64,000 nucleotides of DNA, taken from IMG/VR virus record IMGVR_UViG_3300023174_000139; one strand, written 5' to 3'. The translations under genes were made by a program, and so were the position numbers. Position 1 is the stretch's first letter, and each line of letters opens with the position of its first letter. The notes under the pieces were generated by a model. That model was not told the origin of the DNA. It ran no database searches and saw nothing but the letters and a program-made list of their open reading frames with translations. Positions 9,181-18,500 of this stretch are shown one piece after another. Source of the stretch: an uncultured virus (IMG/VR IMGVR_UViG_3300023174_000139) (Duplodnaviria; Heunggongvirae; Uroviricota; Caudoviricetes).

Positions 9181-9209
9181 ATTATAATATAAGTATTGAA
9201 AAAAGTCAA
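9181..9209 (-). promoter_or_regulatory. Sigma70-type promoter (representative; more than 12 similar sites)
   Basis: TTGACT (9209-9204), 17-nt spacer, TATAAT (9186-9181). Confidence 0.75.
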
Positions 9210-9234
9210 AGTGTATATTATAATTATAATATAA

Positions 9235-9444
9235 ATGGAAATAGTAAAAAATAAAGCTAGATGGTCAGTCTACGCAAGTAAATGTGTTAAATATTACAAT
9301 ATCTCTAATGAGAATATTTATGATAAACCAGAGCAATATCCATGTATTGCTATACCTCAATTGATATCTGATATAAATGGTTCAAGAATTAAGTTTAATT
9401 TTGTTTATAAAAAAGATTGCCAAAGATTATTAAAAGCTTTATAA
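9235..9444 (+). CDS. Hypothetical protein
   Basis: 69-aa ORF, GTGTAT motif upstream. Confidence 0.5.
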   Translation: MEIVKNKARWSVYASKCVKYYNISNENIYDKPEQYPCIAIPQLISDINGSRIKFNFVYKKDCQRLLKAL

Positions 9445-9474
9445 TGTGTAAATATTAATTAGTTCTTTCTTATT

Positions 9475-9860
9475 GGGCCCGTACTGGTTTCGATTTTAAA
9501 GATCGGAATTAGAATGCAAGTGGAGGTTGAATCGAGGACTCCTTAAAAAGTTTCAATTATATTAACTGCCAAAACAGCAAAATATAAAGGTCATATTTCA
9601 GCAAGAGTTTCTCTTGTTGAGACGACCGCTTCTGTAGCCTAAGCTACAGCGTGATATCTACGATACATCTACTAGAATATTGCGTAATTAGATGTTTATT
9701 ATTTAATAGTTTTTCTGTTCTTTAAGTAATAATATTCAAGATAGAATACGCCAAGTATGTTTGTTCTTTATCTATATAAGGCTAAAACCAAAAAGAACTA
9801 AACTTGTAGTATTTTAATTTAAATTTTTAAAAGACAGAGGTTCAATTCCTCTCGGGTCCA
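9475..9860 (+). ncRNA. ssrA: tmRNA; predicted tag (A)AKTAKYKGHISARVSLVETTASVA at 9568-9642
   Basis: 5' GGGCCCG pairs with 3' CGGGTCC-A giving G3.U70 and A73; 5' TGGTTTCGA; T arm GAGG-TTCAATT-CCTC; TAACT-GCC resume context; stop codon in hairpin CTGTAGC-CTAA-GCTACAG. Confidence 0.92.
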
Positions 9861-9928
9861 AGTATATATTATATATTATATATTATATATTTTTATATAT
9901 GGCAGATTTTTTTGTGTAATATAACTAT

Positions 9929-10438
9929 ATGGCAATAAATAATGGATTTTTAAAAGTTGGATCAATAAAACCCACCAGTGTAATCGAAAATCGTGGATGG
10001 AACGCAGCATTTCCAGGAGTACTCCTTAAATATGCTGTTGCTATACCAAACTACGCAGATTTCAAAGTAGATAATGAGACTACATTTTTTGGAGGAGATA
10101 TTAATAATACTGCTATCAAAGGAAGAGTTTATAATGATTTAAGATTAGATGCTTATAATTTTAATACTCTGTTTACTTCAAGTACATTCGCAAGAAACTT
10201 TATTGAGAGTTTTAGCTTAACTTCGACTAATATGGCTACTGTAGTTCAAGGGGCTGATAGAGCATTTAATAATCCAATTCTTGTTTCTCAACTCAAACCT
10301 CCATTGGCTTTTAATCGTGTATTATCTACCCCAATATATATTTATGCACCTGTCAAGTATGATGACTCTATAAAAAGAGGTTATATGATATACAAAGGTA
10401 ACAATAGTAGAAATGATATAACTTTAAGATATACATAA
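9929..10438 (+). CDS. Hypothetical protein, possibly virion-associated
   Basis: 169-aa ORF 9 nt after the GTGTAA motif. Confidence 0.55.
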   Translation: MAINNGFLKVGSIKPTSVIENRGWNAAFPGVLLKYAVAIPNYADFKVDNETTFFGGDINNTAIKGRVYNDLRLDAYNFNTLFTSSTFARNFIESFSLTSTNMATVVQGADRAFNNPILVSQLKPPLAFNRVLSTPIYIYAPVKYDDSIKRGYMIYKGNNSRNDITLRYT

Positions 10439-10439
10439 T

Positions 10440-10850
10440 ATGAAAATAAAATTTCTTAATTATAATAAAATTTTTGAAAAAAAATCTATAAAATTGGGCA
10501 TGTTTTCTTTGTCCTTTGGAATACTTCCAGCAATGGCTGCTGGACAATGGGCTGCTCAACAATGGGGTGGTAACAGCGGTGGAAGTCAAGGTGGAGGTGG
10601 GGGTGGGGGCGGAGGCGGAGGTGGAGGTGGAAGTAGCCCACAGCTTCCTTCTCCTGGACCAGCTCCAGCGCCAATGCCTCCAGGACCAAATGGAACTCCA
10701 GAGGCTGGTGGAACTGGTGGTTGTGGATCTTCTGATCCAGGAAGTACTGATAATGGTGGAATTTTTAATCCAGGAATTTTAAGTCCAGTTGGTGATGGAA
10801 CTAATTTGATTCCACAAGGACCAGAATGGCTTCCGCCAATAACGGACTAA
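10440..10850 (+). CDS. Gly/Pro-rich low-complexity protein with N-terminal hydrophobic segment
   Basis: Poly-Gly run written with mixed GGN codons, then PSPGPAPAPMPPGP. Confidence 0.55.
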   Translation: MKIKFLNYNKIFEKKSIKLGMFSLSFGILPAMAAGQWAAQQWGGNSGGSQGGGGGGGGGGGGGGSSPQLPSPGPAPAPMPPGPNGTPEAGGTGGCGSSDPGSTDNGGIFNPGILSPVGDGTNLIPQGPEWLPPITD

Positions 10851-10861
10851 ATAGTCCAAGG

Positions 10862-11158
10862 CTATACTTTAAATATAACTTTACTTTCTTTATCTAAAAA
10901 TTCTAACTCTTGATTCTCTAGTTTACTTTTAAATTCATTTAAAAAATCTTTATTTAAACTATCTTTAAAAGTTAAGTATATTTCGTAAGCTTGATTTTCG
11001 TTTTCTAGAGATCTTACTCTTGGTTTGTTTGGGCAATTGCATGTTTTTTTAGGCATCATTAAGTAAAAATATTTTAAAAAAGTTGTGTCTTTTTTAACAA
11101 AATCTAAATCAAAATGTACTGCTGCATCGAAAAACGTAACGAAATTAAATTGTATCAT
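10862..11158 (-). CDS. Hypothetical protein
   Basis: 98-aa ORF with CNC motif. Confidence 0.5.
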   Translation of the reverse strand: MIQFNFVTFFDAAVHFDLDFVKKDTTFLKYFYLMMPKKTCNCPNKPRVRSLENENQAYEIYLTFKDSLNKDFLNEFKSKLENQELEFLDKESKVIFKV

Positions 11159-11519
11159 AATTCTTTTTAAATATTGTATATAATATTACACTTATTGTAT
11201 AGGATATAAATACTCCTTTAATATTAGACAAATACAATAAACTTATTAAGTTAACCCAAAATCCAAAGCATAATGGACAGCTTATAAGTTTAATAAAAAA
11301 ATTATTATAAGTAGAAGCCAAGTATTGTATGTATAATAAGGTGGTATCTCCAGTAAGATTTTGATAATCTAAATAGTCTTTTATCTTTAATTTTTCTTTA
11401 AAAAAAGGTAAGTATTTACAATATTCTACTATAACATTTGTATTATACAATATGATAAATATAAAAGTTGAAAAGAAAGATGAATAAATTATAGATAAAA
11501 AATTATTTTCCATGAGCAA
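11145..11519 (-). CDS. Membrane protein, DUF1360-like
   Basis: Hydrophobic helices and LISCPLCFGFW motif. Confidence 0.5.
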   Translation of the reverse strand: MLMENNFLSIIYSSFFSTFIFIILYNTNVIVEYCKYLPFFKEKLKIKDYLDYQNLTGDTTLLYIQYLASTYNNFFIKLISCPLCFGFWVNLISLLYLSNIKGVFISYTISVILYTIFKKNYDTI

Positions 11520-12606
11520 ACCCTTCGTACATGCTGTTGGCGGTGGTTCTAACTGCTACAATTTTATTTGTCCAAAGTCCACCCCTCATCTCCTCTAGAG
11601 ATCTAAAGCCAAGATAACTCATTGCGCTTCTTAAACCATTAGTAAAATCATAAATAACATCTTCTAGTGATTTATTTGCTAATGGAATTAAAGTATTGTC
11701 TCCTTCTACAAAAAGATTTTTCTTTGTGCCATCGTGTAGTTCATAATCTTCTACTACATCTTTACTAGCCATACCTCTATATTTGGCGTATTTTACTCCA
11801 TTTTTTTCTATTATATCTTCATCATCCATAACGTCCTCTAGGCCAGCAAATATTCTTCCGCAAATAACAGCATCGCAACCGCTAGCAATAGCTTTAACTA
11901 AATCTTTTGGATATCTAATGCCTCCATCAGCTAAAATACTCGGTCTATGTTCTGGATTTGGTTTATCTTGTTTAAATAGATCTACTTGAGATAATTCCCA
12001 ATTTCTTATAGCTTTCCAAGCATAATAATTTCCAGTCAAACTTGGACAACCAATTCCAGTTTTAACTTGGGTTAAGCACATTGAACCTGGACCAATAAGA
12101 TGCCTAAAGCCATCTGCTTTTAAATTAGCTAATCTATATACGCTTTCTTTAGTTAAGGTATTTCCAACTATGATGTCTTGAGAAAAGTTAGCCGTCTTGT
12201 ACCACCTTAAAAAATCTTCTACATTCTTTGCTAATCCATTCGCAGTATCAAGAAAATAAATATCAGTATATGTGCTAGTAGCTCTAATTCTTTCTTCCGC
12301 ATCTTTTAATCCAATCGCATTTATAGAAAATCCGCTCTCATCTTTGATTGTTTTTGATTTTGATCTTTGGTCGTCAATCGACATAAAACGATGAAGGACT
12401 CCAGCTGCACCAATTTTATTCATTTTAATACATGATTTTACAGAAGAAACAGTATCCATTGGAGATAGTATAATTGGAATTTTAATAGAATTATTCCTTG
12501 AAATTTTAGTTGTAGTATCTACTTCTTTTCTTGAGGTAATATCCGAGAAATTTGGTAGAAGTGAAATATCATCGTAACTTAATGCTTCTTTAAATTCATT
12601 TATCAT
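11503..12606 (-). CDS. IMP dehydrogenase / GMP reductase family enzyme, no CBS domains
   Basis: LSYDDISLLP, SPMDTV, IGPGSMCLT (catalytic Cys), ADGGIR, YRGMAS, GLRSAMSYLG; start at 12606 inferred from promoter. Confidence 0.88.
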   Translation of the reverse strand: MINEFKEALSYDDISLLPNFSDITSRKEVDTTTKISRNNSIKIPIILSPMDTVSSVKSCIKMNKIGAAGVLHRFMSIDDQRSKSKTIKDESGFSINAIGLKDAEERIRATSTYTDIYFLDTANGLAKNVEDFLRWYKTANFSQDIIVGNTLTKESVYRLANLKADGFRHLIGPGSMCLTQVKTGIGCPSLTGNYYAWKAIRNWELSQVDLFKQDKPNPEHRPSILADGGIRYPKDLVKAIASGCDAVICGRIFAGLEDVMDDEDIIEKNGVKYAKYRGMASKDVVEDYELHDGTKKNLFVEGDNTLIPLANKSLEDVIYDFTNGLRSAMSYLGFRSLEEMRGGLWTNKIVAVRTTANSMYEGFAHGK

Positions 12607-12685
12607 ATCAAATATATTACTATATTTTGAAAAGAATGTCAAGTTTGTATTTGACAATGATTTATATTTAAAGTAGTATTTATAA

Positions 12686-12763
12686 ATGGATTACCAGAAC
12701 TTATTCTGCATGGTGGCTGGACTATCAATATCTTTATTTTGGTGGATTAAAAATCATGAATAG
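12686..12763 (+). CDS. 25-aa hydrophobic small protein
   Basis: MDYQNLFCMVAGLSISLFWWIKNHE; ATG 6 nt after TTGACA-N17-TAGTAT; overlaps the next start. Confidence 0.4.
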   Translation: MDYQNLFCMVAGLSISLFWWIKNHE

Positions 12764-13172
12764 AACATCTTTCACTAATATTGCCTTAGCTACTGCAAAG
12801 GTTTGGGCCTTGAGATCAGAAGACCCTTTTAAAAAAGTTGGTTGCTGTATTCTAAATGAAGAAGGCAGAGTTTTATCTGTTGGATATAATGGTTTACCAT
12901 CAAAGTTTAATGCTAAAGAAGGGTTTTGGGATGATAGGGACGCTAGAAGAAAGTATATTCTTCATGCAGAAATCAATGCCTTGAGTTTGATAAAAAGAAC
13001 CGATAAACCACATGTTCTGGCTTGTACATTGCTTCCATGCTCTTCTTGCGCTACTGCAATTATTGCTCACGGAATTAAAAATATTATATATTTAGAAGAT
13101 TATGAACCAGATCAAAATGCTTTGGAAATTTTTAAATATTATGGAGTTAACATAAATAAATATGAAAAATAA
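12756..13172 (+). CDS. dCMP deaminase
   Basis: RSED...KVGC, GYNG, HAEINAL, PCSSC. Confidence 0.9.
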   Translation: MNRTSFTNIALATAKVWALRSEDPFKKVGCCILNEEGRVLSVGYNGLPSKFNAKEGFWDDRDARRKYILHAEINALSLIKRTDKPHVLACTLLPCSSCATAIIAHGIKNIIYLEDYEPDQNALEIFKYYGVNINKYEK

Positions 13173-13662
13173 ATTATATACCATATACATATTAATTGCA
13201 TCGATGAGTATTGGATTTTCTCAAACTGGTGCAGTATATGAAACATATAGATATAGAGATGGTAGCACTAATTCATCTGATGGATCTATATTTAATAGAC
13301 CCTTTCAAGAGTATAATTATCTCAAGACTCATAGAGGAATTGAAGTTTATGAAACTTACAAATATAGATATGCAAGTGGAGACACGAATTCATCAAGAGG
13401 ATCTGTTATATCTAAACCATTTCCAACCTATATTATTGTTGGAGATAAAATGTATAGAACTTATAAGTATAATAGTGGCTCAACAAATACTTCTAATGGA
13501 AGTATTTTTAACAAACCATTTGAAGCTAAAGTAATTGATCCAAATTTAAATTCAGTAAAAACCACTATTCAAAAACAAATCAGTAATTACAAATATGTTT
13601 CTCCAAAATATAGTGGTCCAACTTATGATGGAGAAACTTTTTCAGAAGGGAGTAGTGAATAA
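13162..13662 (+). CDS. Secreted protein with three internal repeats
   Basis: Signal peptide; three copies of Y(E/R)TY(R/K)Y..G.TN(S/T)S.GS...(R/K)PF. Confidence 0.6.
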   Translation: MKNKLYTIYILIASMSIGFSQTGAVYETYRYRDGSTNSSDGSIFNRPFQEYNYLKTHRGIEVYETYKYRYASGDTNSSRGSVISKPFPTYIIVGDKMYRTYKYNSGSTNTSNGSIFNKPFEAKVIDPNLNSVKTTIQKQISNYKYVSPKYSGPTYDGETFSEGSSE

Positions 13663-13663
13663 T

Positions 13664-14254
13664 ATGATAGGGTTAACTGGGGTCGCTAGATCTGGTAAGG
13701 ATACTTTTTATTCTATTTTAAAAAAATATTTGGAAGAAAAAAATATAAAATCAGGAAGATTGGCTTTTGCAGATGATTTGAAACATGAATTGAATGATTT
13801 CACTAAAGAAAAATTTAAAATAGATTTATTTAAATGTAATCCAACAGAAAAAGAGCTAGTAAGACCATTAATGGTTGCATATGGAAAATGTAGAAGAGCT
13901 CAAACTGAGGGCAAGTACTGGACATCGCTCCTTGAGTCTAAAATTAAAAATTTTATAGAAAAAGACATTGTACCTATAATTACTGATGTGAGATATATCG
14001 AATACAAAGAAGATGAATATTCTTGGCTTAAAAATCATAATGGATTATTAATACATATATCAAGAAAACTTGATGATGGTTCTGTGATTCCTCCAGCTAA
14101 TGTAGAGGAAAAAGCTAATGACAATAAATTAAAAGCAGTAGCAGATATATCTATATCTTGGGAAACTTGTCAAGATGTTAATTTCTTGTATGATTTAATG
14201 CAAAAACAATTAAAGAATGTTTACGAAAAATACTTACAAATTAAAAAAATATGA
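13664..14254 (+). CDS. Deoxynucleoside monophosphate kinase (T4 gp1-like)
   Basis: MIGLTGVARSGKDT P-loop, AFADDLK, IITDVRY. Confidence 0.8.
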   Translation: MIGLTGVARSGKDTFYSILKKYLEEKNIKSGRLAFADDLKHELNDFTKEKFKIDLFKCNPTEKELVRPLMVAYGKCRRAQTEGKYWTSLLESKIKNFIEKDIVPIITDVRYIEYKEDEYSWLKNHNGLLIHISRKLDDGSVIPPANVEEKANDNKLKAVADISISWETCQDVNFLYDLMQKQLKNVYEKYLQIKKI

Positions 14255-14856
14255 AAAACACAATAACAATAACTAAAACTGACGAAGAACTTATTAAGGG
14301 CATTAAAATCAATAATGATGAATTTTGCCTTAAAGAACTAATTAATAGGCATTCGCCATTATGTAATAATATATATAATAAATACTCCAATGCTTTAAAT
14401 TGTTCTGGAATATTTATAGATGATGTTAAAAAAGAGAAGGATTATATTGTATATAAATCTGCTATTTCTTTTAATCCAGATAAAAAATCTAAATTCTCTA
14501 CTTGGTTGTATAATCAGGTAAGATATCAATGCTTAAATTTACTTAATGATAATAATAAAACTATAGCTATGGAAGAAAAAGATTTGATTTATCATATAGA
14601 TAAAAACTCTTTAAAAAATGAAATAAAAAAAGAAGAAGTTAAAGAATATATATTCGATATACTAAACTCTTTGCAAGATAAAAGAATATCTCAAATCTAC
14701 AATTTAAGGTATTTCAATAATAAAAAAAATATGCCTTGGAAGAAAATAGGTAAAAAGCTAGATATCAGTACTCAGACTGCAATTAATTTACATAATAAAG
14801 CTATTGCATTACTTAAGGTGAAGTTTAATAGTAAAAATTGTTTTGACAAAATCTAA
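14251..14856 (+). CDS. Phage sigma70-family RNA polymerase sigma factor
   Basis: Region 2 FNPDKKSKFSTWLYNQVR; region 4 HTH WKKIGKKLDISTQTAINLHNKA. Confidence 0.8.
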   Translation: MKNTITITKTDEELIKGIKINNDEFCLKELINRHSPLCNNIYNKYSNALNCSGIFIDDVKKEKDYIVYKSAISFNPDKKSKFSTWLYNQVRYQCLNLLNDNNKTIAMEEKDLIYHIDKNSLKNEIKKEEVKEYIFDILNSLQDKRISQIYNLRYFNNKKNMPWKKIGKKLDISTQTAINLHNKAIALLKVKFNSKNCFDKI

Positions 14857-14877
14857 TAAAATGGATACAATATAAAA

Positions 14878-15180
14878 ATGAATAATACAACTCAAAATAC
14901 AAATAAGAATCAAAATGAACTTGGCGCTCTATGGAAAAAGAAGAGCAAAGCTGGAATGTCTTTCCTATCTGGATATATTAATGATCACGATGGTCAAAGA
15001 ATTGATGTAGTAGTTTTTGCTAATAGCAAAAAGACAAATGAAAAAGCTCCAGATTATAGACTTTATGTTTCTAAACCATTAGAAAATAAGACCCCAGTAT
15101 CAACTCCTACCAATGCGCCAGTTAAAACCGTACAAAAAAGTAAGCCTGTCGTGCAAGAAGTAGAAGATGATATTCTATGA
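14878..15180 (+). CDS. DUF736-like putative ssDNA-binding protein
   Basis: ELGALWKK...FLSGYI...KAPDYRL, acidic C-terminal tail EDDIL. Confidence 0.6.
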   Translation: MNNTTQNTNKNQNELGALWKKKSKAGMSFLSGYINDHDGQRIDVVVFANSKKTNEKAPDYRLYVSKPLENKTPVSTPTNAPVKTVQKSKPVVQEVEDDIL

Positions 15181-16262
15181 GTTTAGCGTTAAATGTTCCA
15201 ATAAATTCAGTTAGTTTTGGTCAAACTAGTTCTCTTCTAATTAGAGAACTTATTAAAGATAATAAAGAATTTATTACATTTGTAATTGGTAATTCTGTTG
15301 ACTTGGGTAGTCAAACAAATTTTTCTCAAGAATATTTAGAAATTTTACAAAAATCTGTAAATTCTGCGCTAGCAACTCACAATAGATCAAATCCAATATT
15401 CAAACTATGGCATTTAAATGGAGGATTAGATAGTTTTTCTGAAAAACAAATACTGTTCTCTTTTTATGAACTAGATTCACCCACTCCAATTGAAATAAAT
15501 ACTGTAAAAAATAACCATAAAGTTATATTCAGTTCAAATTATACAATAGATTTATTCAAATCTCATGGTTGTAAAAATCTTCATTTTGTACCATTAGCGT
15601 TTGATAAATATAATTTCTTTAAAAAAGATAAAAAATACTTTAATGATGATCGTATAGTTTTTAATTTAGTTGGCAAATTAGAAAAAAGAAAACATCATAA
15701 AAAAATAATCCAAAATTGGCTTAAAAAATATGGTAACAATAAAAAGTATTATCTTCAATGCGCTATAGCTAATCCATTTATTCAACCAGAACAACAACAA
15801 GCTTTAATTGCTTCTATTTTAGAAGGTAAAAACTATTTTAATATATCTTTTATTAATTATATGCCTACGAATACTGCCTATAATGACTATTTAAATAGTG
15901 GAGATATTATTATTGGAATGAGTGGTGGCGAAGGCTGGGGTCTTCCAGAGTTTCATTCTGTAGCTTTAGGTAAATATGGAATTATATTGAATGCTCATGC
16001 TTATAAAGATTGGGCTAATGAAGAAAATTCTATATTAGTTGAACCTAATGGTAAAATTGAAGCGTATGATAATATGTTCTTCCAAAAAGGTGCTCCCTAT
16101 AATCAAGGTTCAATTTTTGATTTTTCAGAAGATGATTTTATGAGTGCTTGTGAATTAGCAGTCCAAAAAGTGTTATCTAATAGATTAAATAAATCTGGTC
16201 TAGATTTACAAGATAAATTTACTTCAGAAGTATTTTACAAAAATATTATTTCTCATATATAA
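15177..16262 (+). CDS. Glycosyltransferase, GT-B (GT4-like)
   Basis: VGKLEKRK, GEGWGLPEFH. Confidence 0.8.
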   Translation: MSLALNVPINSVSFGQTSSLLIRELIKDNKEFITFVIGNSVDLGSQTNFSQEYLEILQKSVNSALATHNRSNPIFKLWHLNGGLDSFSEKQILFSFYELDSPTPIEINTVKNNHKVIFSSNYTIDLFKSHGCKNLHFVPLAFDKYNFFKKDKKYFNDDRIVFNLVGKLEKRKHHKKIIQNWLKKYGNNKKYYLQCAIANPFIQPEQQQALIASILEGKNYFNISFINYMPTNTAYNDYLNSGDIIIGMSGGEGWGLPEFHSVALGKYGIILNAHAYKDWANEENSILVEPNGKIEAYDNMFFQKGAPYNQGSIFDFSEDDFMSACELAVQKVLSNRLNKSGLDLQDKFTSEVFYKNIISHI

Positions 16263-16263
16263 T

Positions 16264-16611
16264 ATGCCAGTATATATTTATGAAAATCCTAAGACAAAGG
16301 ATGTCATAGAAATTATTCAATCTGTGAATGATGAACATATTTATATTGATAAAAATGGTTTAAAATGGAATAGAATATTCACTGCGCCTCAAGTTGGTAT
16401 TGATACAAAATTAGATGCCTTTAGTACTTCTAAAGAATTTGCGGAAAAAACTCGTAATAAAAAAGATAATGTTGGTCAATTATGGGATAGAAGTAAAGAA
16501 TTATCCCAAAAAAGAAAAGACAAATTTGGAGAAGATAAATTAAAAACTGCATATCTAGATAAATGGAGTAAAAAAAGAAAGGGGAAGAGGCCACCACCAA
16601 CATTATTATGA
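16264..16611 (+). CDS. FmdB-like putative regulator lacking Zn cysteines
   Basis: MPVYIYENPKT...EIIQS resembles FmdB MPxYxYxC. Confidence 0.45.
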   Translation: MPVYIYENPKTKDVIEIIQSVNDEHIYIDKNGLKWNRIFTAPQVGIDTKLDAFSTSKEFAEKTRNKKDNVGQLWDRSKELSQKRKDKFGEDKLKTAYLDKWSKKRKGKRPPPTLL

Positions 16612-17072
16612 ACGAAGAAAATTCATCAGATCTATTTTTTGTTAAAAAATCAAAATTACATGGCAATGGACTTTTTGCTAAAAAATTTATTAAAAAAGAT
16701 ACAAATCTTTTAGATTTAAAATTTACAGTTCTACCAAAAGATTATGCTGAAAAATGTATAGAAAATAATTTATCATATTCTGAAATTGAAGAACAATTCA
16801 TTAAATATTATAAAGTACTTACTTTCGATAATTATTTAAATAAAATACATTTTAAATGCGCCGATGGATATAGCCATTATATTTATATGATGCTTTTAGG
16901 AGACGCTAGTTTTATAAATAATAGTTTTAGTGATGATGCTCAAAACGTTAAAATTATATACAATTCAGAAGATGAAAAAATATATATGTCTTCTGTAAAA
17001 GACATACAGGCTGGAGAAGAAATTTTAGTAAATTATGGGGATTTTGGAGATTTTAATAAAATAAAAAATTAA
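16608..17072 (+). CDS. SET-domain protein (putative lysine methyltransferase)
   Basis: KSKLHGNGLFA, FINNS (canonical NHS), DIQAGEEILVNYG. Confidence 0.8.
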   Translation: MNEENSSDLFFVKKSKLHGNGLFAKKFIKKDTNLLDLKFTVLPKDYAEKCIENNLSYSEIEEQFIKYYKVLTFDNYLNKIHFKCADGYSHYIYMMLLGDASFINNSFSDDAQNVKIIYNSEDEKIYMSSVKDIQAGEEILVNYGDFGDFNKIKN

Positions 17073-17074
17073 TT

Positions 17075-17404
17075 TTATTTTCTATTTAAATGATTTTGAA
17101 TTATATCAAAATTACGGTCTAATTTAGCTTCTATTCTATCGAAATAAACTTCAAATGACTCTTTAGTAACATAAGTTGTACTAATTTTTAATGCTAAATC
17201 TGATATTTCTTGTTGATGTTTACGTCCTTCTACCTCCATTTCTTTTCTTAAAGTAATAAAATCGCTGAATGTTTTATCATTAATTTCTTTCATTAAAGTC
17301 TCTTGTTTATCAAATAAAGAGAAAACTCTAGTAAATAACCATCCACCTAAGAAGGATAATGCACCTAAAACTAGATTAAAAATCAAAGGAATATCTAAAT
17401 TCAC
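17075..17404 (-). CDS. Single-TM plus coiled-coil protein, holin-like candidate
   Basis: N-terminal TM LIFNLVLGALSFLGGWLF, coiled coil; GTG start 8 nt after GTGTAA. Confidence 0.45.
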   Translation of the reverse strand: MNLDIPLIFNLVLGALSFLGGWLFTRVFSLFDKQETLMKEINDKTFSDFITLRKEMEVEGRKHQQEISDLALKISTTYVTKESFEVYFDRIEAKLDRNFDIIQNHLNRK

Positions 17405-17432
17405 ATATATATTTACACATTATTAATACGTA

Positions 17433-18497
17433 TTATAGTTTAAAATTATTGAAATCGTCATCAGATATATCAGTTTTCCTTGCGCCTATCTTATAACTTG
17501 ATATCTCTGTCTCTTGAGGAGCTACTTGTACTTTACTACTATCTAGATAGCTATCGTGCCATCCACCAATAGGGTTGTCTTTTTGGTTAAATATTTTCTT
17601 GTAACCCAAGCTTCTTAGTCTACTATCGCAAAGCCACTTAGAATAGCCGTCTAGAACCTCTGCATTTAATCCAAGTAAGCTACCATTACTAAAGAGATAC
17701 TTGGACCATTCACTTTCATTCTTTGCGGCTTGTTCATAGAAAGCGTAAATTTTATCTTCACTTTTCTTAACTATACTTGTAAAACCTTCTTTATCTTCGT
17801 CTCTTAATATTTTAAGTAAATTTTGACTTACTGCAAAATGAAGGGCTTCATCGCGTTGAATGAATTTTATGATTTTAGAATTACCTTCCATCTTTCCACG
17901 ATATCCAAAATAGAAAGAACAAGCGAAAGAAACATAAAACACAAGTCCTTCCATAACATTGATAGAAAGAATTGCATCAAAAATCTTTTGTTTGGGATCT
18001 TTCTTTTCACCATCTCCAAGAATCTTGTCAAAATTATTCCTAATAAGTTCGGCACGGCTTGTTATTTCTTTATCTTCCATTATACTATCAAAAAATTTAG
18101 TAGGATCTGGATAGACATTATTTAATAGATAAGAATAAGAATAACTATGTATCCCTTCAAATTGAGCCCAAGTATTCATGCAAATTTCAAGCTCTGGATT
18201 ACTTACATAATCTTTTAAAGAATGAATGCTGCGAGAAAGCATACTATCTCCAAGCGTTTGAAATCTTAAATTACTATCAAATACGAATCTTTCAGTATCT
18301 GTCAAATTTTTATAATCACTTCTATCTTTTCCAAGAGCAATTTCATGAGGCCACCAGAAATTTTCATTTTGCTTTTTAAATAGTTCAAAAAATATAGGAT
18401 ACTTAAATCTGTCATATCTTTGAAGATTAAGATCTTCTCCAAGAAATAATGGTTGTTTCGTAGTATCTATATTTTTAAAATTTAATACGGTCTTCAT
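17433..18497 (-). CDS. nrdB: Class Ia ribonucleotide reductase beta subunit
   Basis: FWWPHEI, EGIHSYSY, MEGLVFYVSFA, RDEALH, VAPQETEISSY. Confidence 0.95.
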   Translation of the reverse strand: MKTVLNFKNIDTTKQPLFLGEDLNLQRYDRFKYPIFFELFKKQNENFWWPHEIALGKDRSDYKNLTDTERFVFDSNLRFQTLGDSMLSRSIHSLKDYVSNPELEICMNTWAQFEGIHSYSYSYLLNNVYPDPTKFFDSIMEDKEITSRAELIRNNFDKILGDGEKKDPKQKIFDAILSINVMEGLVFYVSFACSFYFGYRGKMEGNSKIIKFIQRDEALHFAVSQNLLKILRDEDKEGFTSIVKKSEDKIYAFYEQAAKNESEWSKYLFSNGSLLGLNAEVLDGYSKWLCDSRLRSLGYKKIFNQKDNPIGGWHDSYLDSSKVQVAPQETEISSYKIGARKTDISDDDFNNFKL

Positions 18498-18500
18498 GGA

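Noticed and set aside
9861..9900. TATAT-rich tandem tract after the tmRNA as an origin
   Set aside because: Short low-complexity tract in an AT-rich genome with no supporting features.
10486..10782. Alternative-frame ORFs over the poly-Gly gene
   Set aside because: By-products of the stop-poor GGN repeat.
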